NCBI GenBank assembly: GCA_044222185.1
Contig: JBGANV010000013.1
Location: 1-64,000 of the forward strand
Direction: 5' to 3'
Source: Planctomycetota bacterium
GTDB taxonomy: Bacteria; Planctomycetota; GCA-002687715; CAIWVZ01
Length of the DNA: 64,000 nucleotides
A program made the position numbers and the translations under genes. Within the stretch, counting starts at the first letter, position 1. Each line of letters starts with the position of its first letter. The notes beneath the pieces were generated by a model. It saw nothing but the letters and a program-made list of their open reading frames with translations. It did not search any database and had not been told where the DNA came from. Shown piece after piece: positions 29,705 to 38,422 of the stretch.

Positions 29705-29733
29705 TCCCCCCACAGACTTCAGGCGCGGGAACC

Positions 29734-30609
29734 TCAGCTGACCGCCGCCCTGACCCGCTCCCGATCGACCCGCGCGTAGACGAGCGTGCTCGTGATCGAC
29801 CGATGCCGAAGGGCAGCCTGGACGACCGCGATGTCCCCCGTCCGGCGAAGCAACGCGGTCGCGAACGTGTGGCGACAGCTGTGCGGCGAGGCCGGTCGGT
29901 TGACTCCGGCCTTCGCGAGCCACTCGCAGAACCGACGGTGCACGTGGCGCGTCGTGATCCGCTCGCTGCCGCGACCTGCAAACAGCGGCCCGGTCGTGCG
30001 GTTCCCGAGGTACTCGCGGAGCAGGTCCCGAGTCGCGGCCGGCATGAACACGACCTCGGGCCTGCTGCCCTTGGCCGACCGGATCTGGATCTCGCAACGG
30101 TCCAGGTCGAGGTCCTCGACGTCGAGCGCGACGGCGGATCCGACCCGTATCCCGGTCGTGAGGAGGACCGTGACGAGGACGCGGTCCCGCCGCCCCTCGG
30201 GGTTGGTGTCAGCTGCCAGCGCGGCAAGGATGCGCTGCTGGTCGTCCTCCGCGATCGTCTTCGGCGGCGCCACTCCGCACAGTGCCCGTCGGACCAGCCG
30301 CGCTGGGTTCTGCGCGATCGCCCCTGCCTCGTGCAGGTAGCGGAAGAACACGCGGAGCGAGGTCCGCATGGCGTTCATGGAGAGCGGACACTTGCTCCCG
30401 CCACCCGCTCTCGCCCGCGCCTCGGGGGCGGCCAGGAAGCGCGCGACGGACTCGTGGCCGATCGTCGCAATGTCGTCCGGCTGGTCGGTGGATGCGAGCC
30501 ACCGCCGGAACGCACCAACGTGGCGGCGGTACTGGCCGATCGTGTGCGGCGATCGGCCATCGGCATCGAGTTGGACAAGGAACCGATCGAGGGCGTCTTG
30601 GAGGTTCAT
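29734..30609 (-). CDS. Xer-like tyrosine recombinase, catalytically intact
   Basis: TGIR, SAKG, HSCRH, LRH and TLVY supply the R-K-H-R-H-Y residues. Confidence 0.93.
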   Translation of the reverse strand: MNLQDALDRFLVQLDADGRSPHTIGQYRRHVGAFRRWLASTDQPDDIATIGHESVARFLAAPEARARAGGGSKCPLSMNAMRTSLRVFFRYLHEAGAIAQNPARLVRRALCGVAPPKTIAEDDQQRILAALAADTNPEGRRDRVLVTVLLTTGIRVGSAVALDVEDLDLDRCEIQIRSAKGSRPEVVFMPAATRDLLREYLGNRTTGPLFAGRGSERITTRHVHRRFCEWLAKAGVNRPASPHSCRHTFATALLRRTGDIAVVQAALRHRSITSTLVYARVDRERVRAAVS

Positions 30610-30666
30610 CTTGGAGGTGCCCTGAACGAGAACGGGCGGGCCTCGCGGACCCGCCCAGGGATCGAA

Positions 30667-31257
30667 TCACCCCGCTGTCGCGTACGGCAGCGACACGATC
30701 ACCCCGGCCTTCTGAGCCCATGCCAGCGCGAGCCGAAGTGCGCGGCAGGTCTTCAAGACCGTGGGCATGGCCTTGCCCTTGCCGCTTTTGGTCTTCGTGA
30801 CGATCTCGGATGCCTCGTAGGCGGCGATCTCCTCACTCGTGATCGCGCCTGCGACCCGCGAGGCGTCGAAGAACTTCATGGCGAGCGCGAGGTCGCCCTC
30901 GTAGCTCTTCACGGTCGCGGGCGTCTTGCCGCGAGCACGCATGTCCGAGAGCCAGCCATCGGCGATGGCCTTCAGCGTGGCGGGGCCGTCCACCCCAATC
31001 GCCGCGTGCGGCAGCTCAGGCGGCGTGCCGAATGCGGCCTCAGGCGCGTGGTTCTCCTCAAGCGTGGCGTTCGCGAGCGGGCCGGCCTCGGCGCCCTTGA
31101 CCCATGCCGGGGCTTCTGCGACCGGCGTCGCGGCCTTCTTCGCTCGCGGCTTCAACAGCTTCTGGACAACCGCACCGTCGACCGGCGTGGCATCTGTCGG
31201 GGGCGCTTTCTTGGCCTTCGTGGTGCGGGCAGAACTCGATCCGTTTGCGTTCTTCAT
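30667..31257 (-). CDS. Stand-alone integrase core-binding (SAM-like) domain protein with an Ala/Lys/Pro-rich N-terminus
   Basis: C-terminal ~100 aa align by eye with the N-terminal domain of the adjacent recombinase. Confidence 0.7.
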   Translation of the reverse strand: MKNANGSSSARTTKAKKAPPTDATPVDGAVVQKLLKPRAKKAATPVAEAPAWVKGAEAGPLANATLEENHAPEAAFGTPPELPHAAIGVDGPATLKAIADGWLSDMRARGKTPATVKSYEGDLALAMKFFDASRVAGAITSEEIAAYEASEIVTKTKSGKGKAMPTVLKTCRALRLALAWAQKAGVIVSLPYATAG

Positions 31258-31357
31258 CGGGGTCTCCATCGCGGCGCAGAATCGCGTCCGCGTGCGACAC
31301 ATGGAGCCGCCTTTCGCCGATCAGATCCAGCAGATTCTGGGCGCTGAAAGTGCGTAG

Positions 31358-31858
31358 CTACCCGGTGGTAGCGGTCCCTCCGAATTTGGGTGGCATCCAG
31401 GGCGAAAGCTCGGCACGTCGCTGTTCCGCCGCGATCCGCGCGTCCTCAGCATCCGCCTCCTCCATGAGGCGCGCGATCGTGGAGATGGTGACCTGTCCGT
31501 CGGGCCCCTTGCGCAGCGTCCGCTCCGACTCCATGACGACGGTCAACGCCCGCATCAGCGGGGCCGCAGCGGAGGTCGGCGCGGTCCGCAACGCATCGAG
31601 CGCCTTGCGCTGGAGCGCCTGCAGGACCTTCAGGTGGCGCTCGTTCATCTGGTCGAGCGTCTCGACGGCGCGCTTGTCGGCATTCTCGCGGGCCTGCCGT
31701 TCGCGGTCAGCGATGCGCTCCTGCCAACGTTCCTTCGCGGCGCGGGCAGCCACGGCCTTCTTCGACGTCGCGTACTGCTGCGAGACCCGGGTGTAGCTGC
31801 GACCGACGCCGAGGCTGAAGTAATACTCGAACGCGTCCGACGGGAGGCGGCGGGTCAT
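31358..31858 (-). CDS. TerS-like HTH protein 2 (paralogue of 28121-28627)
   Basis: RRLPSDAFEYYFSLGVGRSY..WQER..MNERH. Confidence 0.7.
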   Translation of the reverse strand: MTRRLPSDAFEYYFSLGVGRSYTRVSQQYATSKKAVAARAAKERWQERIADRERQARENADKRAVETLDQMNERHLKVLQALQRKALDALRTAPTSAAAPLMRALTVVMESERTLRKGPDGQVTISTIARLMEEADAEDARIAAEQRRAELSPWMPPKFGGTATTG

Positions 31859-31923
31859 GGAAGGCCCTCCGCGAGGGATGGCGCGCGGCGGCGGGGCCGG
31901 TGATGCGCAGGCTGAGCGGGCAT
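31855..31923 (-). pseudogene. 22-codon ORF, probable internally deleted ParB-MTase remnant
   Basis: MPAQPAHHRPRRRAPSLAEGLP resembles the MTase start MSTPATLAIRRRPIASLA. It has the same leader and is ATGA-coupled to TerS-like 2. Confidence 0.5.
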
Positions 31924-32022
31924 GGGATCTCCAAGTCGTGGGGGTCGCCCGGGTCGTTAACTTGGAGGTGTGCGCGACGGTCGCGCCTTGGAGGTGACCC
32001 GAATGGGCTGGCGCGCATGATA
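31921..32022 (-). promoter_or_regulatory. Leader with -10-like TATCAT and CTCCAAG motifs (copy B)
   Basis: CACCTCCAAGGCG..CGCACACCTCCAAG..CTTGGAGATCCCATG. Confidence 0.6.
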
Positions 32023-32553
32023 CGTCGCCGGGGTACGGAAGGTGTACGCGAGGTTACCGCATTGAACTGGCGGCGGGACTGTGAGTTACGACGGGGGCCC
32101 GTCCACGTCGGAGTCGACCGCCGCGCCTCCGCTCGGGCGCGACCCCCTCGAAACGCCGGGGAATCCGATCGGGTGGGGGCAGGCCCCTGCGCGTCGACGG
32201 ACTCCGGCGACCGTTCGGACGCTCGAGCCGCGAGCTGTAACCCGTGGTGGGGACGAGCCCTCCAGCGGTTGGACGATCCGCCGCTCGTCCAAATCACGGC
32301 CGAGAATCGTACACCCTCCGGTCACCTCGCGTATCCCATGCGTCCGCGACTCTGGGAAATGGGACACGGCGACCGCGCCGTCAGATTCTGCTGCCGACAG
32401 ACGGTCGCCTCGCGCGGCACGGAAGGCACCGGCCGCCGCTCGCTCTCGCGGTCGGTTGCTTCGGCCGCGTACCCACCTCCGGTCACTCGCGAGAATCCGC
32501 GCGAGATGTCGCGGCAGTTCCTCGCGCGATAGTGACGGGTGATCGCGAGGCGC

Positions 32554-33066
32554 TTACGCCGATGGCGATTGCGGTTGCGCGGATGACTCCGGACGCTCGG
32601 CAATGACCAGCCGAACGATGCGGGACGCCGCAGGCATCGCGGCCAGGTTCGGCGTCGCCTCCGCGCTCGACGGGACATCCGCGTCCGCTGCCGTTCGCCG
32701 GATTCGTTGAGCCGACTCGACCGCGAGCGCCAGGGCTCGGATGTCACGTGCGCTCAGCCCGCGACCACCGCCCGACGACGCGCTCCGCAGGTAGCGCAGG
32801 ATCATGGCTTCGATGGTCTCACCGAGTTGGTCGTGCCGGGCGTTCAGCTTCGCAACGTGCCCCCGGCTGCGCTCCCGATCCGCGAACTCCACCTTCGCGT
32901 CGATCAGGCGCTTCAGGTCCTCCCATGCGCCCTCGCGGCGCCACTCTCGGACCGTGTTCGTCCTCGTCACGCCACACGCCTGCGCGATCGCCTCGTCCGT
33001 CATCTTGCCGTCAAGCCATAGGTCCCGTGCACGATCGCGCACGGTTGCGGGATAGGGCTCAGTCAT
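32554..33066 (-). CDS. TerS-like HTH protein 3
   Basis: RDRARDLWLDG..EAIAQACGV..TVREWRREGAW. LNARHD and AVESAQRIRR are shared with TerS-like 1. Confidence 0.65.
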   Translation of the reverse strand: MTEPYPATVRDRARDLWLDGKMTDEAIAQACGVTRTNTVREWRREGAWEDLKRLIDAKVEFADRERSRGHVAKLNARHDQLGETIEAMILRYLRSASSGGGRGLSARDIRALALAVESAQRIRRTAADADVPSSAEATPNLAAMPAASRIVRLVIAERPESSAQPQSPSA

Positions 33067-33202
33067 GGTTGTTCCCCGCTCCTTGCGGGTGACCCCGATC
33101 GTAGGAGGGGGGTGTCGCGATCTGCGCTTCCCGCCCACGGCAGTTGCGCGGCGGCCGGCGTCGCACCCCAGGCCGTGGAACCTGTGCGCGGCGGCCCAAC
33201 CC

Positions 33203-33637
33203 TCAGGTGGGCAGCGCCGGGACCCCGAGTGGCGGGGGCACGGTCGCTCGCATCTGCGCGAGTGCTTCCCTCACCGACTGCGCGAACTCCTGAGGGTCCT
33301 GACGCTCGACCGGCTCGATACGGACCTTCCGCCCCCATCGGTCCGGGCACTTCCGCTCAAGCCGCCAGGCTGCAGCCTGCCACTGCGTCTGTGCGGCCTT
33401 CCCGATGATGAGCAGGTCGCGCAGCTCAGCTTGCGCCAGCGCCCTTTCTACTGCGTCCGAGAACTCGCGAAACCGTGTCCCGTCACCCCGCGCGCCGCGA
33501 CGCAGCCATGCGTAGAGCGTGTCTTTCGAGATGCCGGCCGCAGCTGCCGCGGTCTCGATGTAGGCGCCAGCGTGGATGTACTCGACGATCTTCGACTGGA
33601 TCGCGGGTGTGAGCTTGCAGGGACGGCCGGTCAACAT
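33203..33637 (-). CDS. TerS-like HTH protein 4 (distinct family)
   Basis: GRPCKLTP..GAYIETAAAAAGISKDTLYAWL..WQAAAWRLERKCPDRWG. Confidence 0.75.
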   Translation of the reverse strand: MLTGRPCKLTPAIQSKIVEYIHAGAYIETAAAAAGISKDTLYAWLRRGARGDGTRFREFSDAVERALAQAELRDLLIIGKAAQTQWQAAAWRLERKCPDRWGRKVRIEPVERQDPQEFAQSVREALAQMRATVPPPLGVPALPT

Positions 33638-33814
33638 TCGGGTGCTCCGCGTTGAAATGTACTCGTAGGCCGAACGCTTGGTGGCGGCACCAAGCAGACC
33701 ACGCCTCACGCCGTCTATCGGGGCCGCCGGACGGCCAGAACGAGACAGGTTCGGCGCGGCTGCAACCGTTACGTCTGTTTGGTGTACGATCCGCCGGCCC
33801 AAGGAGAACCCGGC

Positions 33815-34591
33815 GTGGGGCACAGCAGGCTCTCGAATCTTCCGAGAACGCGGTGGTGGAATGAAGTCGTCGAGCTAATCGCTCAGGGCGGCTCCGTTGC
33901 TGACGTGGCTGAGAAGACCCTCGATGCTGCACTCGACGGCTTCTCAGCCGCGGCAAACGATCGAGGCGTCATCCAGGCGTGCTGGCTTCTCATGCAAGTT
34001 CCCCTGATTGCGCAGGGAGAGGACGGGCTTGAGCGGCTTGCTGAGATCGGGATCCGCCTCCCAACGGACGCGAGCCCGACGGACCTCGCTGCTGCCCTCA
34101 CGGACGCTGCCGACGAATACCATCACGTCAGCCGTTCGCGGTCAGACCTTGGGGAGATGGCCGAACTCGCCCTCGTTGAGTCGTTCCATTCCGCTCTCTG
34201 GGAGGAGAATGCCACTCTTTTTGGCCCGAGTGCGGCTGACCTGCGCGTTGCGTTGAAGAGGCTCGGCTCTCAGCGGTCATTCCAATCGTTGACTCGAACC
34301 TTCTTCGCCAATCTCACCAAACGATTCCTCTCATACTTCCTCAGCCGGACCCTCTCGAATCATGTAGGCCCAGAGAAGCGATTCCATTCGATTAATGAGA
34401 GGCTCGCGTTCGACGAGGCCCTCGGCATTCACTGCTGGGAAGCCTCACGGATCGTCGAATCGTACGCGAGCGAATGGCGCGCCAAGATGGCGTACCACGT
34501 AGGGCACCTGAACCCCGAAGACGTGGTCGGGTTCCTGAAGAAATCGACGAAGAAGCTGGCGGCGGAGCTTGTGCGCCGCGGTGCCCCATGA
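33815..34591 (+). CDS. Helical hypothetical protein, QatB-like partner of QueC (starts M-G-H)
   Basis: RBS AAGGAG 8 nt before GTG; MGHSRLSNLPRTRWWNEVVELI; ATGA-coupled to the QueC-like gene. Confidence 0.7.
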   Translation: MGHSRLSNLPRTRWWNEVVELIAQGGSVADVAEKTLDAALDGFSAAANDRGVIQACWLLMQVPLIAQGEDGLERLAEIGIRLPTDASPTDLAAALTDAADEYHHVSRSRSDLGEMAELALVESFHSALWEENATLFGPSAADLRVALKRLGSQRSFQSLTRTFFANLTKRFLSYFLSRTLSNHVGPEKRFHSINERLAFDEALGIHCWEASRIVESYASEWRAKMAYHVGHLNPEDVVGFLKKSTKKLAAELVRRGAP

Positions 34592-36294
34592 CCGCGCGTC
34601 ACCGAATCGTCTGCGGGGCGGTGCCATCAATCGCGGCACATGCGAGTTCCAAGCGCCTGCGCTTCGTCATGGAGGGTCGAAATGCCAACATTCGCCTCGA
34701 GATCGACGCGATTAGCGACCGTCTGGTCAAGTGCATCCCGACGAGGTTCTTAGACCTACTGGAGGTCGCATCATACGTGTTTGCCGCAGACCAAGCGTGT
34801 ACGAGAGGTGGAGCCGGTGTCGACAACGTCGGCGCTCGTTGGCGACGCGACTTCGAGTTCCACATCGCTGTTCGCGACGCGGACTTCTGGAAAAGCGACG
34901 AGACATGCCGGGCACTTGAGGAGACGCTCGGCTTTCTCTCAGACGACAACTACAGTTTCGCGTTCTACCCGCTGACAGGTGAGCGGGTGGAACCAGGCTA
35001 TTTTCAACTGGATGACGCAGGTCTCAGGCCTGGTGTTCCGGACTGCGTGATGCTGTTCTCCGGCGGTCTCGACTCACTCGCGGGCGCAGTCCAAGAGTCC
35101 CTCGTCGATAAGCGTCGGGCGGTGATGGTCAGCCACGTTTCAAATCCTGTCTATCGGTTGCAGCAGCGTAGGTTGATCGACGGCCTTCGCGGCCGGGGCG
35201 CCGTTCCATTCCACGTTCCGGTCGAATTGAATACAGCGTATGCACAAGAGGACTCGCAACGGACCCGAGCATTCCTGTACGTGTCCCTTGCGGCGGCGGT
35301 GGCAAGGGGCCTCAACATCGACACGGTGCGCTTCTACGAGAATGGCGTGACGAGCCTGAATCTACCATTCTCCGCCCAACTCATAGGCGCCAGGGCCAGC
35401 CGGACGACTCATCCGAAGGCGCTGCGTGGATTCACGCTCCTCCTGGGCCTCGTCTCCGGGCAAAAAATGTCCGTCGAGAACCCGTTCATATGGGAAACGA
35501 AGACGGACATCGTTCGCCGCATTGACATGGGGTCCTGTCGCGAGCTGATCGAGCATGCGATCAGTTGTAGCCACCCGCGCTTGCGCAGCAACAGCAAAAC
35601 GCACTGTGGAGTATGCATGCAATGCATCGAACGGCGGTTCGCCATTTTGGCGGCTGGCCTCGATGAGGCTGATCCAGAAAGCAAGTACCGAGTCGCGCTC
35701 CTTCTCGGACCGCGGAAGGAAGGCAAAGACCGGACAATGGCGGAATCCATCGTCGCCAGAGCGCAACGCGTTGCAACAAGCTCCCGGGAGAGTTTCGTTG
35801 CGGCATTCCCCGAGGTCGCCCGGGCGCTCCGCGCCTTCGTCGGCCGGACCGAGGAAATTGTCGACCGGATCTGGGATCTCTACCGGCGAAACGCGCAAGA
35901 CATCATGGGAGTCCTCTCGGATGGGCTGAAAGCGCACGCGGACGAGTTCGTTGCGAAGCAGATCGACCGCACGTGTCTGTTGATGCTCGCTGGCGGGTTC
36001 GGCGAAGATGCGAGCTTACGCGGCCGGGTGAGCAGCGCCGCGAAACTGGCAACCGCGGTGGTCGCGATAGCGGCACCGGAGAACCAAGGCGTCCCCGTCG
36101 CGGAGTTGGCGCGGCGCACGAAGATCCCGCGATCGTTCTTCTACGAGAACCCCGCAATCAATCGGTTGAGGCAGGAGCAGAAGGGGCGTGCGTTTCAGTT
36201 CCGCGCTGAGCGTTCGGAGAGCCCGTCGCGCCCGTCGCGGAACCATGGACAATCAGTCCAAGGCGACGACGCACCCGACAGCGACGATTCCTAA
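34588..36294 (+). CDS. Long QueC-family (QatC/Cap9-like) PP-loop enzyme with a C-terminal HTH
   Basis: FSGGLDS, SQRTRAFL, YENG, RTTHP, ENPF, CSHP..HCGVCMQCIERR; C-terminal VAELARRTKIPRSFFY. Confidence 0.85.
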   Translation: MTARHRIVCGAVPSIAAHASSKRLRFVMEGRNANIRLEIDAISDRLVKCIPTRFLDLLEVASYVFAADQACTRGGAGVDNVGARWRRDFEFHIAVRDADFWKSDETCRALEETLGFLSDDNYSFAFYPLTGERVEPGYFQLDDAGLRPGVPDCVMLFSGGLDSLAGAVQESLVDKRRAVMVSHVSNPVYRLQQRRLIDGLRGRGAVPFHVPVELNTAYAQEDSQRTRAFLYVSLAAAVARGLNIDTVRFYENGVTSLNLPFSAQLIGARASRTTHPKALRGFTLLLGLVSGQKMSVENPFIWETKTDIVRRIDMGSCRELIEHAISCSHPRLRSNSKTHCGVCMQCIERRFAILAAGLDEADPESKYRVALLLGPRKEGKDRTMAESIVARAQRVATSSRESFVAAFPEVARALRAFVGRTEEIVDRIWDLYRRNAQDIMGVLSDGLKAHADEFVAKQIDRTCLLMLAGGFGEDASLRGRVSSAAKLATAVVAIAAPENQGVPVAELARRTKIPRSFFYENPAINRLRQEQKGRAFQFRAERSESPSRPSRNHGQSVQGDDAPDSDDS

Positions 36295-36401
36295 GTTCAA
36301 GCGAGCCAACGGCCGCCGTATTCGTCGACCCGACAGGTAGTCAACAAGTTCGGGTCCGGTCCAGAGCCTTGGGCGTTGATGCCCAGCTCCAAGGACCCGA
36401 G

Positions 36402-38291
36402 ATGCTCGATCCTCTGCACCTTGTCGAACTCCATCGTTCTGGCCTTTCCGACGACGCTATCGCTCGCTCCCGCATTCACTCCGCCGACGCCGACACAGCC
36501 GCCGCCCTCGTTGGCATCCCGTGTGGCTCCGCGATGGTGATCCCATACCCGGACGCGAGGCTCGGAAACGGGTCACCTTTCTGCCGTGTGAAGCCAGACG
36601 CGCCCAAGCCGGATCGCAACGGGAAGACGGCGAAGTACCTCTCGCCGACCCGCGCGTTGAATCCCGAGGGCAATCGGCTCTACTTCCCCCCGAATCTCGA
36701 CTCCGACGTTCTCGCGGACGCGTCGACCCCGATCCTGATCACAGAGGGTGAGAAGAAGGCTCTCAAGGCGACGCAAGAGGGCGTGCCGTGCCTCGGACTC
36801 GCCGGCGTCTACGCCTGGAAGAAGCGCGACGAGGACGACCAGTCCCAACCGATCGCCGACCTCTACAAGGTGCAGTGGCGCGGACGCCTTGTCGGCATCG
36901 TCTTCGACTCCGACGCGGCGTTCAACGACCTCGTGAAGGCCGCCGAGAAGGCCCTCCGAGATGAGTTGCGCCGCCGCGGCGCCCGGGTCTACATCATTCG
37001 GCTCCCCGAGCCGACCTTCGAGGAAGCCAAGGTCTACGGCTCGAAACTCGGCCTTGACGACTTCCTGTGTGCCCGCGGGGCGGATGCGTTCGGCGAACTC
37101 ATGGTGGCGTCGGCTGAGACGCTCCCGCTGGGCGCGAAGTCTGCTCGAGTCCTCATGGCGGAGGCCGACCCTGAGGAACCGGAGCTGATCCAGGGGCTTT
37201 GGCCCGAGGCCGGCTGCGGCTTCTTCGCTGGCGAGCCGAAGACGAAGAAGTCGTTCCTTTCCCTGGCCCTCGCGTACTGCGTCGCGACCGGCACGCCGTT
37301 TCTTGGACGAGCCGTACGCAAGGGCACAGTCGTCATCGTTGACGAAGAGAACGACCGACGCGAGCTGAAGAAGCGCATGCGGCGCGTCGCCGCGGGCCTG
37401 GGGGTTCCTGCCGACCTGGACGCGATCATCGTGGCAGCACCATCCGTCCTCAAGCTCGACAACCCAGACGCGATGAAGGAGCTTAGGGCGCTCCTCGATG
37501 AAGTGAAGCCCGCCCTGGTCGTTCTCGACCCACTCGTCCGCCTGCACCAGGGTGACGAGAACGAGGCGATGACCGTTGCGCCGATGCTCGCCGACGTGCG
37601 ACGGGCGTCACGACACTTTCGGTGCTCCGTCATCGTTGTGCACCACCTGAGGAAGAAGGCCGAGGGGACGAAGGCCAGCCATGGGCAACGGATGCGCGGC
37701 AGCAGCGACCTGCACGGTTGGCTCGACGCCGCGGTCTACTTCGAGAAAGGGTCCGACGATCTCATCAAGTTGACGTTCGAGACCCGCTACTGCGTTCCGC
37801 CCGACCCGATGTACGTGCAGCTCACGGACGGGGCGGACTCCGTGCGCTGGGAGCGAGTCGAGAAGTCGGACGAGGCGGGCGAGGAAGCTGAGCCGCTCGG
37901 GGCGATCCGACGGGTCCTTGAGGTGGCGGAGGTGCCGATCACTCGCGAGGAGCTTCGGATTGCGACCGGGCTCAGCGACAAGAGGCTCAAGGCTGGGATC
38001 ACGAGCCTCGTGGCGGCCAATCTCGCACTCATCGGGTCGCGCCCCACAGGCGGCAAGCCCGCGACGACCTTCTGGTTGAGGAGCCGCGGAGCGCCGGCCA
38101 CTTATTCGCCTTCCGGCTCCCCCTTAGAGGGGGGAACGACGGCGAAGAAGTCAGATGCATCGCCGGCAGATCCGTCGGAGGCCGGCGAACTTCTTCGCCG
38201 TCCTTCACCCCCTAAGGACGATCGCGGCGACGAAGAAGGGGTGCCCCCCGCAGACGCGACCGCGGACGAGGCGATGGGGGGTGATCCATGA
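36402..38291 (+). CDS. DUF3854 (Toprim) plus AAA_25 primase-helicase
   Basis: ITEGEKKA, VFDSD and GLDDFL; Walker A GEPKTKKS, VLDP, VHHLRK and RGSSDL; C-terminal wHTH. Confidence 0.88.
   Translation: MLDPLHLVELHRSGLSDDAIARSRIHSADADTAAALVGIPCGSAMVIPYPDARLGNGSPFCRVKPDAPKPDRNGKTAKYLSPTRALNPEGNRLYFPPNLDSDVLADASTPILITEGEKKALKATQEGVPCLGLAGVYAWKKRDEDDQSQPIADLYKVQWRGRLVGIVFDSDAAFNDLVKAAEKALRDELRRRGARVYIIRLPEPTFEEAKVYGSKLGLDDFLCARGADAFGELMVASAETLPLGAKSARVLMAEADPEEPELIQGLWPEAGCGFFAGEPKTKKSFLSLALAYCVATGTPFLGRAVRKGTVVIVDEENDRRELKKRMRRVAAGLGVPADLDAIIVAAPSVLKLDNPDAMKELRALLDEVKPALVVLDPLVRLHQGDENEAMTVAPMLADVRRASRHFRCSVIVVHHLRKKAEGTKASHGQRMRGSSDLHGWLDAAVYFEKGSDDLIKLTFETRYCVPPDPMYVQLTDGADSVRWERVEKSDEAGEEAEPLGAIRRVLEVAEVPITREELRIATGLSDKRLKAGITSLVAANLALIGSRPTGGKPATTFWLRSRGAPATYSPSGSPLEGGTTAKKSDASPADPSEAGELLRRPSPPKDDRGDEEGVPPADATADEAMGGDP
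38101..38238. repeat. ~50-bp palindromic element, copies C (38101-38150) and D (38190-38238), inside the primase 3' end
   Basis: CTTATTCGCC..CCCCCTTAGAGGGGGG..CGGCGAAGAAG and CTTCTTCGCCG..CCCCCTAAGG..CGACGAAGAAG. Confidence 0.8.
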
Positions 38292-38422
38292 TCGCCATCG
38301 AGATCGTCCCCTGCGTGGCAACGGGCTGCGACGGACTCATGCGCCCTGCCGAGGGGCAGTTGCTCGTCTGTTCGTGGTGCGGCTGCACGGTCGTCACCGC
38401 CGTCCCGGGAGGTACGCGATGA
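38288..38422 (+). CDS. 44-aa zinc-ribbon-like protein
   Basis: CVATGC..CSWCGC; ATGA overlaps at both ends. Confidence 0.55.
   Translation: MIAIEIVPCVATGCDGLMRPAEGQLLVCSWCGCTVVTAVPGGTR

Noticed and set aside
28659-30609. Classical integron
   Set aside because: The recombinase lacks the IntI-specific insertion, the palindromes lack attC RYYYAAC..GTTRRRY ends, and only one cassette is present.
34588-36294. Housekeeping queC or a dpd DNA-modification cluster
   Set aside because: More than twice the length of canonical QueC, with no queD/E/F, folE or dpdA/tgt nearby.
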